From Nanobdellota archaeon (GTDB lineage: Archaea; Nanobdellota; Nanobdellia; Pacearchaeales; GW2011-AR1), in contig JAJZAH010000002.1 in the NCBI GenBank assembly GCA_021799535.1, forward strand, positions 80,950 to 144,949: 64,000 bases of DNA, given 5' to 3'. The notes under the pieces are model-generated. The model was given only the letters and a program-made list of their open reading frames with translations. It did not search any database and was not told the origin of the DNA. Position numbers and translations under genes: made by a program. Positions 26,727 to 35,231 of this stretch are shown one piece after another; position 1 is the first letter of the stretch; each line of letters begins with the position of its first letter.

Positions 26727-28445
26727 ATGAAAATTTTAACCTTGCATGTGGATTATATTGAGTGGGAAGGTCTGAAAAAAGCCATCAAAGATATAGATGA
26801 GCTTCCAGCTGAGGAGACTTCCCGGAAGAGGGTTGAAGAGGCGCTTGTTATTCTTACGGCCGTCGAAAAAGAAGACGGCATAAAAAGTGCTGAAGAACTT
26901 GTGAAAAATGTAAAAGAAATTTCAGGTAAAGTCGGAACGAAAAGAATAGTCCTTTACCCTTATGCCCATCTTTCAAGGAATCTTGGCTCGCCTGAAAAAG
27001 CTGTCGAGATACTCAAAGAGTCGGAAAGGGAACTCAAGGAAGGCGGCTATGAAGTTTCAAGAGCCCCTTTCGGTTATTATAAAACTTTTGAACTTCGCGT
27101 GAAAGGACATCCTTTGTCTGAACTTTCAAGAGAAATCATTATAAAGGCAGATGAGGCCGAGCTTTCGCCTGAAGAAAGGAAAAGACTTTGGAAAGTGATG
27201 GAGAAAAATAAGTCTCAGTCGATAAGGGGAAAAGATGACCGCAAAAGCAATGTTGAACTTGGAAAGGAGCTTGACCTTTACATAGTTAACGATGTCGTGG
27301 GGCAGGGTCTTCCTCTCCTTACTCCAAAGGGAGCTTCGGTAAAAAGGGAAATAGAAAGGTTTATTGTCGATGAAGAATTGAGAAGAGGTTATGAGCATAC
27401 TTCGACCCCGGTGATGGCTAAAAGTGATCTTTACAAGATCTCTGGTCACTGGCAGCATTACAAGGACGGGATGTTTGTCCTTCCTGTTGGGAATGAAGAT
27501 TTCGCCCTTAGACCCATGACATGTCCTTTTCAGTTCGTCCTTTACAAAAGGAAGCCAAGAAGTTACAAAGACCTTCCAAAGAAATATGCAGAAATTGCGA
27601 CTCTTTTCAGAAATGAACAATCAGGTGAGCTGAGGGGTCTGACTCGCGTGAGGCAGTTTACACTTGCCGATGCGCATATAATCTGCATGCCCGAGCAGGT
27701 CGAAGCAGAATTTGGGAAAGTCATGGATTTAATCAATTATGTCATGAAGGTTTTTGGGATTGAAGTTTGGTATAGATTCTCTAAATGGGACCCGAAAAAT
27801 GAAAACAACAAATACATAAACGATCCTAAAGCGTGGGATGAGACGCAGGCAGCAATGAAAAAAATTCTTGACAAGCTAAAGATTAATTATACTGAAGCTG
27901 AAGGAGAGGCGGCGTTTTACGGTCCTAAGCTGGATCTTCAATATAAGGATGTTTACGGCAAAGAGGACACATTGATAACTGTGCAGATAGATTTCTCGAA
28001 CGCCAAGAAATTCGGGATGACTTACCTTGATAAGGACGGAAAGGAGAAAGTTCCGATGATAATTCACAGATCTTCCACAGGTGCAACTGAAAGGGTTATG
28101 TCATACATACTTGAGAAAACTCAGGGTAATCTGCCTTTGTGGCTTAGTCCTATTCAGATTAGGATATTGCCTATGGGTGAGGAGAACAACAATTTTGCTT
28201 TAAAGGTGAAGGAAAAATTTGTAAAAGTTGGGTTCAGGGTTGAGATTGACGACTCTAATGAGAGTCTCGGGAAGAAAGTGAGGAATGCGCAGCTTGAAAG
28301 GGTTTTTTATATGCTGACAGTTGGAGACAAAGAGGAAGAGTCAAAGACTATAAGCGTCAGATCTCGTGACGGAAGCCTTGAGCATGGCGTCAAGGTTTCT
28401 GATTTTGTTTCCCGCGTGAAAAAAGAGATAAGGGAGAGAAAATAA
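26727..28445 (+). CDS. thrS: threonyl-tRNA synthetase (archaeal type with N-terminal editing domain)
   Basis: Class II motifs (..LRPMTCP.., FRNEQSGELRGLTRVRQFT, HRSSTGATER) and an anticodon-binding C-terminus. TTTATAAA 29 nt upstream. Confidence 0.9.
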   Translation: MKILTLHVDYIEWEGLKKAIKDIDELPAEETSRKRVEEALVILTAVEKEDGIKSAEELVKNVKEISGKVGTKRIVLYPYAHLSRNLGSPEKAVEILKESERELKEGGYEVSRAPFGYYKTFELRVKGHPLSELSREIIIKADEAELSPEERKRLWKVMEKNKSQSIRGKDDRKSNVELGKELDLYIVNDVVGQGLPLLTPKGASVKREIERFIVDEELRRGYEHTSTPVMAKSDLYKISGHWQHYKDGMFVLPVGNEDFALRPMTCPFQFVLYKRKPRSYKDLPKKYAEIATLFRNEQSGELRGLTRVRQFTLADAHIICMPEQVEAEFGKVMDLINYVMKVFGIEVWYRFSKWDPKNENNKYINDPKAWDETQAAMKKILDKLKINYTEAEGEAAFYGPKLDLQYKDVYGKEDTLITVQIDFSNAKKFGMTYLDKDGKEKVPMIIHRSSTGATERVMSYILEKTQGNLPLWLSPIQIRILPMGEENNNFALKVKEKFVKVGFRVEIDDSNESLGKKVRNAQLERVFYMLTVGDKEEESKTISVRSRDGSLEHGVKVSDFVSRVKKEIRERK

Positions 28446-28504
28446 CCCCTAATTTATTCTTCTGTCAAGGATTTTTGGAATTATATATTTGGCCCCCCAA
28501 AATT

Positions 28505-28512
28505 CTTATAAA
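28505..28512 (+). promoter_or_regulatory. TATA box (CTTATAAA) for glyS
   Basis: Starts 29 nt upstream of ATG 28534. Confidence 0.6.
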
Positions 28513-28533
28513 CTAGACAATTTATCCTTAAGG

Positions 28534-30042
28534 ATGGAAAAAAACGGAGAAAAAGATTTTACTTCTTTTGTTCAGGAAGCGGGCCTTATATGGGGACCAT
28601 CGCCTGAAATATACGGTGGCGTTGCCGGTTTTTATACCTACGGGCCTCTTGGCAAACTCCTCAAGAATAGGGTTGAGAACTCTGTGAGGAAAACTTTCAA
28701 TGAAAGCGGATTCAGGGAAATCGAGGGGCCGACTGTTTTGCCGAACGAAGTTTGGAAGGCTTCAGGCCACCTTGACACTTTCCAGGACAGAACTATAAAA
28801 TGCAAAAAATGCGGGGCGGTTTTCAGGGCGGATAAGCTAATTGAAGAGGGCAGGGACATTTCGGCGGATGCTTTCAGCAACGATCAGATTCTTAGATTCA
28901 TAAAAGACAATAAAATAAAGTGTCCTGTCTGTAAAGGAAACTTTGAGGAGAAAATAGAGAAGCAAAGCCTCATGCTTAGCACCGTAGTCGGAGGGAAAGA
29001 AGCATCACTCAGGCCTGAGACAGCTACCGGGACTTATCTGCCTTTTATAAGGTATTATAATTATTTCAGGAAAAAACTTCCTTTTGGAGTGTTCCAAATA
29101 GGAAAGGCTTACAGGAATGAAATCTCTCCGAGGCAGAATGTTCTCAGGGGGCGTGAGTTCACTCAGGCTGAAGGCCAGATTTTTGTGGATCCGAAGGAAA
29201 AAAATAACTGGGGGCCTTATGAAAAAATAAAAGATGAAAAACTTCCTTTTTGGTCTGAATCCGAGCAGAAATCTGGGAAGTTTGCGGGCAAAGTCATTTC
29301 TGTCAAGGAAGCTCTTGAGAAGAAGCTGATAAAAAGTCAGGCCTATGGCTGGTGCATATGGTTAGCTTATACACAATTCAAGAACTTCGGGATTCCGGCT
29401 GACAGGATAAGGATGAGGCAGCATCATGCTGATGAGAAGGCCTTTTACGCCGATGATGCTTGGGACATTGAGCTGAAGCTGAACAATTACGGCTGGACCG
29501 AGGTTTGCGGGGTGCATGACAGGACTGATTATGATTTGACTCAACATTCAAAAGCTTCAGGCGTGAAATTAGAAGCTGTGCGTGACAACGGAGAGAAATT
29601 TATTCCTCATGTTCTTGAGATAGCTTTCGGGAGTGATAGGCCTACTTACTCTCTTATAGACATTTTCTATGAAAAGAAGACAGAAGGTGAAGGGAAGACT
29701 ATCCTAAGAGTCCCCTATCATATGAGCCCTATCGATGTCTCCATTTTCCCTTTGATGAGAAAAGATGAACTTCTGAAAGCCGCTGAGGAAATCGTCCTTG
29801 ATCTTGAGAAGAGTTTCATTGTCGATTATGATTTTACGGGAAGCATAGGAAAAAGGTATCTGAGGAGCGCAATGCAGGGAACTCCTTATGCAGTCACTAT
29901 AGATTATGATTCTTTGGAAGATAAAGATGTGACGATAAGGGACAGGGATTCTGAAAGACAGGTTCGTGTCAAGATCGATTCCCTGAGGGAAATTTTATGG
30001 GGGCTTTTGAAAGGCGGGAAAAAATTTGAAGAGCTGAGGTAA
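28534..30042 (+). CDS. glyS: glycyl-tRNA synthetase (alpha2, archaeal/eukaryotic type)
   Basis: IYGGVAGFYTYGPLG, LRPETATG, FRNEISPR, GSDRP. Start moved to ATG 28534 (CTTATAAA at 28505; the track start is TTG inside the promoter). Confidence 0.9.
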   Translation: MEKNGEKDFTSFVQEAGLIWGPSPEIYGGVAGFYTYGPLGKLLKNRVENSVRKTFNESGFREIEGPTVLPNEVWKASGHLDTFQDRTIKCKKCGAVFRADKLIEEGRDISADAFSNDQILRFIKDNKIKCPVCKGNFEEKIEKQSLMLSTVVGGKEASLRPETATGTYLPFIRYYNYFRKKLPFGVFQIGKAYRNEISPRQNVLRGREFTQAEGQIFVDPKEKNNWGPYEKIKDEKLPFWSESEQKSGKFAGKVISVKEALEKKLIKSQAYGWCIWLAYTQFKNFGIPADRIRMRQHHADEKAFYADDAWDIELKLNNYGWTEVCGVHDRTDYDLTQHSKASGVKLEAVRDNGEKFIPHVLEIAFGSDRPTYSLIDIFYEKKTEGEGKTILRVPYHMSPIDVSIFPLMRKDELLKAAEEIVLDLEKSFIVDYDFTGSIGKRYLRSAMQGTPYAVTIDYDSLEDKDVTIRDRDSERQVRVKIDSLREILWGLLKGGKKFEELR

Positions 30043-30105
30043 TTTGTCATTTTCTTGTAACGACAATTTAGGAAGATTTAAATATGTTCGGAATAGTCCA
30101 ATCTA

Positions 30106-31164
30106 ATGGGTGGAGAGTTTATGGACGGAGAAGGGAAGAGTGTCCATATGGAAACAAGTTATCTTGGAGCTGTAAAACAAACGCCCTATTTGATAAGGAG
30201 CCTGAAAAAATTCATGCCTGCTTTAAAGATCTCTTTTCCATATTTTGATGGACAGGACATTCATATTTTAAAAAACGATTTAAATTATGAGGGGATCGGT
30301 TTGGATAATTTAATTTTTGGTAAGGCTAATGAAAGAGGATTAGGAATATGTTTCCCAACGGATAATAAGGAAATAATCCGGATTATTCCCGGTTCAAGTA
30401 ATATATCAGATCTTTCTTTTTGCATTGACCCTCTCAAATTTGAAAAAAGAAGGCTTCTTGGCAAAGACGAAATAAAGGAGATGAAAGAGAAGTATAAAAT
30501 AGGGGATGGGAAGGTCTTTATTGCAGGCTCATTTGGGGAAAGAGAATTAGGAAAAATAGTATCCCCTTTAAATAAGCTACTCACAAGCACGAAAAAATCT
30601 AAGGCGATCATTGTTCCAAGAGGTTATAATGATATCTCCCTCGCTGAACTTCGGGAATTAGGACTGGGATTTGAAACTGACTGTGAAAAAATAACAGGTA
30701 ATAGCCAGTATCTGTTTATAGGGGAAAAAGGGGTCTTAAGCAAATTGTACTCCTTTTGTGACGTTGCTTTTATAGGAGATACTTTTAAGAGCGGCGAGTG
30801 GGGGCAGAATCCTCTTGAGCCGGCATTTTACGGGAAAAGGATTCTTGCGGGCCGTTTTCCCAGAGACTGGAACCTGGCTGCCTATGAAGGGCTTGAGAAA
30901 AGCGGTTTGCTTAAAATAGTTGGTATTTCCAACAAAAGTTTTGAGGAAGACTTTTACTATGCGATCAGTCATGATGATCCTCCTAAGGAGTTTAAGGAGC
31001 ATCAGGAAAAGGCTTATAATTTCATAGAATCTATGCAGGGGGCCGGGGATGTGTATGCTGAGATTGTGCAGAAAGTCCTTTATGGAAAATTAAATTCCGG
31101 CGAAGTGGATTTTTTAAGGGATAAACATAGTTTTTTAGAAATCAGGGAGAAATTTTCTCAATAA
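30106..31164 (+). CDS. glycosyltransferase related to Kdo transferase KdtA/WaaA (GT30-like C-terminal half)
   Basis: KVFIAGSFGERE...AIIVPRGYNDIS...GLGFE and GVLSKLYSFCDVAFIGDTFKSGEWGQNPLEPAFYGKRILAG align by eye with E. coli WaaA (..IAASTHEGEE..ILVPRHPERF.. / GELGLLYGIADLAFVGGSLVERGGHNPLEAAAHAIPVLMG). Confidence 0.5.
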   Translation: MGGEFMDGEGKSVHMETSYLGAVKQTPYLIRSLKKFMPALKISFPYFDGQDIHILKNDLNYEGIGLDNLIFGKANERGLGICFPTDNKEIIRIIPGSSNISDLSFCIDPLKFEKRRLLGKDEIKEMKEKYKIGDGKVFIAGSFGERELGKIVSPLNKLLTSTKKSKAIIVPRGYNDISLAELRELGLGFETDCEKITGNSQYLFIGEKGVLSKLYSFCDVAFIGDTFKSGEWGQNPLEPAFYGKRILAGRFPRDWNLAAYEGLEKSGLLKIVGISNKSFEEDFYYAISHDDPPKEFKEHQEKAYNFIESMQGAGDVYAEIVQKVLYGKLNSGEVDFLRDKHSFLEIREKFSQ

Positions 31165-31165
31165 T

Positions 31166-31173
31166 CTTATAAA
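31166..31173 (+). promoter_or_regulatory. TATA box (CTTATAAA)
   Basis: Starts 29 nt upstream of ATG 31195. Confidence 0.6.
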
Positions 31174-31194
31174 CTGTCCCGATATGATTTTGGT

Positions 31195-31731
31195 ATGAAC
31201 TTTAGATTTTACCATGAGAAACTTTCGGAGTCTGATGAATACAAGGACTTCATGAAAAAGAATCCGAAAGCTTATCCGTGCAGCTGTTTTTTCATTCTCG
31301 ACAGGGAGAAGGCAGGAGCTGACAACCGCGTGCATTTTGATTTTCTTATCCCCGAAACGAAAAAAATGCATTCTTTCAAGGTGAACGACAAAGTGGAGCT
31401 CCTTGATGTCGAGAATTATGACGAGAGACCTTTCGAGGAGATTTCGGTCGATTATGATTTCAATCTGGAGGATTTTGAGAAGATGATATTCAAGAGGTTG
31501 CAGGAAGAAAAGATAAATGGAAGAATACAAAAACTTCTTTTCAGTCTTCAGAAACTTAACGGAAAAAGTTTCCTCATAGTTACGGGATTTTTGAATAATC
31601 TTGGGCTTATCAAAGCCACAATTTCTCTTGATAAGATAAGGATAATAACCTTCGAGAAAAAAAGTTTTTTTGATATGATGAAAATCATGAGGGGAAAAGG
31701 GAAAGACAAGAAGGAAGAAGGAAAAAATTAA
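31195..31731 (+). CDS. hypothetical protein (178 aa)
   Basis: ORF with CTTATAAA exactly 29 nt upstream (31166). Confidence 0.5.
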   Translation: MNFRFYHEKLSESDEYKDFMKKNPKAYPCSCFFILDREKAGADNRVHFDFLIPETKKMHSFKVNDKVELLDVENYDERPFEEISVDYDFNLEDFEKMIFKRLQEEKINGRIQKLLFSLQKLNGKSFLIVTGFLNNLGLIKATISLDKIRIITFEKKSFFDMMKIMRGKGKDKKEEGKN

Positions 31732-32261
31732 TTCTTTTCAGGATGACAGACTTCACAGGGTTTATATCCCCTTAGTCTGAAATATTTTTTATCATCCTCT
31801 TCCACGAGATATTCCTTTTTTATTGCCCCGGCGAATCTGCACGTTCCGAGGTGGTATTTCTCGTTATATTTTGATCCTACATATTTCGATTTTTTCGGCT
31901 CTGCTTTTTCTTTCTCGATTATCTTTTCACGTATCACTGGAACCTCTTTCTCAATGACCTTTTCGATTGGTCTGTCTTTGTATTTTATAACCTCTTTTAC
32001 AACCGGCTTCTCGACAATCCTTTCAGTCTCGACAATCTCAGGTTCAGGCGTGTGTATAAGGGTTTTTCTCTTTTTTGGATAAAGCAGTGCGATTGCCACA
32101 ATGAAATACACCGCTCCCACAATGATCATCAGCGTCTGGTTGTCTTTGACGGAAAAAGAGGTTATTGCCCCGATTATAAAAAGCGCGGCGGCAAGCCCGA
32201 GAAGGAAAATCACGATAATATTTATGGGGTCAATATTTTTCTCCTCTATTTCAGTTGGCAT
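31728..32261 (-). CDS. membrane-anchored protein with C-terminal Cys/His metal-binding motif
   Basis: Two TM helices, a Lys/Glu/Val-rich linker, and C-terminal YHLGTCRFAGAIKK...GYKPCEVCHP resembling Ada-type Zn-binding modules. Confidence 0.5.
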   Translation of the reverse strand: MPTEIEEKNIDPINIIVIFLLGLAAALFIIGAITSFSVKDNQTLMIIVGAVYFIVAIALLYPKKRKTLIHTPEPEIVETERIVEKPVVKEVIKYKDRPIEKVIEKEVPVIREKIIEKEKAEPKKSKYVGSKYNEKYHLGTCRFAGAIKKEYLVEEDDKKYFRLRGYKPCEVCHPEKN

Positions 32262-32299
32262 ATCAATCTTAGAGCCCGGAAGTATATAAAATTGCTTAT

Positions 32300-32572
32300 C
32301 TAAAATGATGATAAAAGGGAAAATTGTGAGACTTCTACTGAATATCTATTTTTCTGATGTCTAAGCTCAGATTCAACATCGTCTTTTGTTATCTCACCCA
32401 GATTTTTCTTCGCCTCTTTTATTGAGATTATAAGGTTTTCGGGTCTTTGAAATACAATTTTTTCGATTAGAGTATAATTTCCGCGCTCTTTCAAAAGAGA
32501 CATAGCTTCGTCTTTTGATAATCCCGCTTCAATTGCTGTTTTGTAGTACTCTCTCAGTCCTCCAAAGGTCAT
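32300..32572 (-). CDS. hypothetical protein (~90 aa)
   Basis: The track start 32617 is TTG. ATG 32572 follows a TTTATAAA box at leaderless spacing. Confidence 0.4.
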   Translation of the reverse strand: MTFGGLREYYKTAIEAGLSKDEAMSLLKERGNYTLIEKIVFQRPENLIISIKEAKKNLGEITKDDVESELRHQKNRYSVEVSQFSLLSSF

Positions 32573-32617
32573 GTAATTCCTTGGTATAATTAATTTATAA
32601 ATGTTACTATTATACAA

Positions 32618-33223
32618 TTACTTCTTTATGACAACGAAGTTAATCATCATCTCTGAGTTATGCGTGGAAACTATCTCAAAACCTGCTGACCTGAATAAAT
32701 CGTGGGCTTCTTCCTCGTCGAAAAGATAATAGTATCTTTTTCCTTTATTCGTCCACCCTATCAGTCTCTCTTTTCCTGAGTTTTTCCTTTTGAGTCTTTT
32801 TGAGTTAACATTCCATACTCCTATGTAAGCTTCCCCGCCTTTTTTCAGAGCCCTGAAGAGTTCTTCTGCCACTTTTTCTCTTCTTTTTTTGGTCGGCATG
32901 CAATGAAGTGCGGAGATGCATATCGCGTAATCGAAAAATCCATCGGGTTTAGGAATTATATCAAGTTCGCTTTTTATGAATTCTGCCTGTATGCCGTTTT
33001 TTTCTGCTTTTTTCTCTGCAAGTTCAAGCATCTTCCTAGAAAAGTCAAGAAGGAACATCTTCCCGTCTTTTATTTTCATCAGATGCCTCCCGGAGCCGGA
33101 GCCTAAGTCAAGAATGTTGCCATGTGTTTTTTCAAGAAATCTTACGGCATTTTCAGATGGCTTCTCTTTATGCTCGTGCCATTCTGGAGCGATACGGTCC
33201 CAAAGTTTTTCCTGGTCTTCCAT
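32618..33223 (-). CDS. class I SAM-dependent methyltransferase
   Basis: Motif I ILDLGSGSGRH; motif post-I LLDFS; FDYAICISALHCM. Confidence 0.75.
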   Translation of the reverse strand: MEDQEKLWDRIAPEWHEHKEKPSENAVRFLEKTHGNILDLGSGSGRHLMKIKDGKMFLLDFSRKMLELAEKKAEKNGIQAEFIKSELDIIPKPDGFFDYAICISALHCMPTKKRREKVAEELFRALKKGGEAYIGVWNVNSKRLKRKNSGKERLIGWTNKGKRYYYLFDEEEAHDLFRSAGFEIVSTHNSEMMINFVVIKK

Positions 33224-33334
33224 GACTGGTTGGAGCTGTACGTGGTTAAATGTTTGTCGGTTTGTGATAGAGTAATTATGTAAATCGTGTGGTTGAAGAT
33301 AAATCCTTAAATATCCTTTTTGGTCTTTTTTAGT

Positions 33335-34456
33335 ATGGATGGTTGGCAGGTTATAGGAAGACCAGGGGCGATAGGAAGCAGGAAGGACGAAGTTTTATCC
33401 AATTATGACCTCGTCTATGGGAAAGGCGAATGGAAGCTTATTTGGGATATAAATGGAAACTCGTTTGGTCTTGATGGCGCATTGGCCCTTTATGAAGACG
33501 CTTATTTTGATTATTTCAGAAATCATCCGGGTGAACTCAATTGGATTGCGGAGAATTTTTCCGATGTCTATGACAACAACCCTTCGAATATAAACTCAGG
33601 GCTTGATTACTCTATCCAGGAATATGGAGGGAGTCATTTTCAGGATATTGCTATAAGGAGAGTTCTTGTTCGGAATGGGGCATGGTTTAAAGGAAAAGGC
33701 CTGCTTGAGATCAGACTTTCGGATCCCGGGGTCAGATGGGATCCCGGAAAAATCCCATTCCATAAGCCAGATATGGTCCCGAAGCCTGAAGTTGTCGGAT
33801 GGTGGGATTCAGGATCCATTGAAAGCTGGTATCAATCTGCCCGCTATCTTGAAGTTAAGGACTATAACTTTGAGGATGATAGGAGCCTTTATTTCGTGAC
33901 TTCCAATCCGGGCAAGGTGAATTCTGCTCAGAGATCATTTGGTGACTTTGTAAAACTAAAGAAAGTCACCTTGAATATATCTGAAGAGCAGGACACAATT
34001 GAAAAAGTGGCGATCCACAAGGCAAGAGTTGCTTACTCGGTAATATGTAGACCAGTCATATGCGATGATTCAGGTCTTGTAATCCCGTCGCTGGGAGAGT
34101 GGCCCGGTGCCAGGGTCAAAAGGGAAATTGAGAATCTTGGAGAGAGTGGTTTTGCAGATCTCTTCCGTGATGGTCCCAAGGAAGCTTACTTCAAGATGGC
34201 TGTCGCTTATTTTGATGAAAATCTAAGAAAACCTGAGATTTTTATTTCAACTGTAAAGGGGAGGATTTATTATGAAGCAAGAGGTAATCCCGAAAAGCCT
34301 TTTATAAAGAACAAAACTCTTGGGACAAGATTTGTCCCGGATGGCTGTGCTAAGACTCTTGCAGAAATGTCTGATGAGGAATACAAAAGAGATGCGACAA
34401 CGGACAGATGGAGGAATCTGGTAAACTTTCTCAGTAGCAGGGAACAAAAGAAATAA
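33335..34456 (+). CDS. fusion protein: unknown ~185-aa N-terminal domain + Ham1/ITPase (non-canonical purine NTP pyrophosphatase)
   Basis: C-terminal YFVTSNPGKVNSAQ..., EEQDTIEKVAIHKARVAY, CDDSGLVIPSLGEWPGARVKR. Start at ATG 33335 (CTTAAATA at 33306). Confidence 0.7.
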   Translation: MDGWQVIGRPGAIGSRKDEVLSNYDLVYGKGEWKLIWDINGNSFGLDGALALYEDAYFDYFRNHPGELNWIAENFSDVYDNNPSNINSGLDYSIQEYGGSHFQDIAIRRVLVRNGAWFKGKGLLEIRLSDPGVRWDPGKIPFHKPDMVPKPEVVGWWDSGSIESWYQSARYLEVKDYNFEDDRSLYFVTSNPGKVNSAQRSFGDFVKLKKVTLNISEEQDTIEKVAIHKARVAYSVICRPVICDDSGLVIPSLGEWPGARVKREIENLGESGFADLFRDGPKEAYFKMAVAYFDENLRKPEIFISTVKGRIYYEARGNPEKPFIKNKTLGTRFVPDGCAKTLAEMSDEEYKRDATTDRWRNLVNFLSSREQKK

Positions 34457-34500
34457 TCCGGTTCCACAACTTTTAAAAGGCTTTTTTCCGATTGAGGTTA

Positions 34501-35043
34501 ATGAGCATAAAGCATCCTTGGCATGATATTTCTGCTGGAGATAAGGCTCCGGAAGTGGTAAGGGCCATTATAGAGATACCAAAAGACACAAAGATAAAAT
34601 ACGAACTTGACAAAGAAAGCGGACTTTTGAAGCTTGACAGGTTTCTTTATTCAGCTGTGCATTATCCTTCTGATTATGGGTTTGTGCCTCAGACTCTCTG
34701 GGATGATAATGATCCTTTGGACATAATTGTCCTTACGGGAAGACCTGTTTACCCTATGACCCTGGTGCAAGTGAGGGTAATTGGTGTTCTCAGGATGATA
34801 GACGGAAATGAAAAAGACGACAAGATTATAGGCGTATATGATAATGATCCGAGATTTGATGAATACAAGGATCTTGAAGATATTCCGCAGCATACTCTGA
34901 AGGAGCTGAAACATTTTTTTGAGGTCTACAAGATCCTTCAAGGGAAAAAATGCGAGGTCCTGGAAATTCTCGGCAAAAAAGAAGCCATGAAAGATGTTGA
35001 AAGAGCTCTCAAGATGTACCTTGGTAAGTATGGGAAGAAGTGA
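34501..35043 (+). CDS. ppa: inorganic pyrophosphatase (family I)
   Basis: IEIPKDTKIKYELDKESG...YPSDYGFVPQTL.DDNDPLDIIVL...IGVLRMIDGNEKDDKII. Confidence 0.9.
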   Translation: MSIKHPWHDISAGDKAPEVVRAIIEIPKDTKIKYELDKESGLLKLDRFLYSAVHYPSDYGFVPQTLWDDNDPLDIIVLTGRPVYPMTLVQVRVIGVLRMIDGNEKDDKIIGVYDNDPRFDEYKDLEDIPQHTLKELKHFFEVYKILQGKKCEVLEILGKKEAMKDVERALKMYLGKYGKK

Positions 35044-35231
35044 TTTTTGTCCTTTAGATTTGGCTGGGGCGGTAAGAAGAGCCAATCTTGATAAGTATTT
35101 GCGTTGCCAGTGAGCCGTAAACTTTGCTGAACTTTTTGAGTTCCCGCTTTCTGAGCTGCATGTTTTCGCCTGAAGATATTATAGTATTATATTGTGATTA
35201 GTTTTATATAACTGAATTTTCTCCCTTTTTC

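Noticed and set aside
35085-35200. A 35-codon minus-strand ORF (MQLRKRELKKFSKVYGSLATQILIKIGSSYRPSQI) in the ppa-elp3 spacer.
   Set aside because: It has no promoter box at the expected offset and no recognisable small-protein family, so it could be chance.
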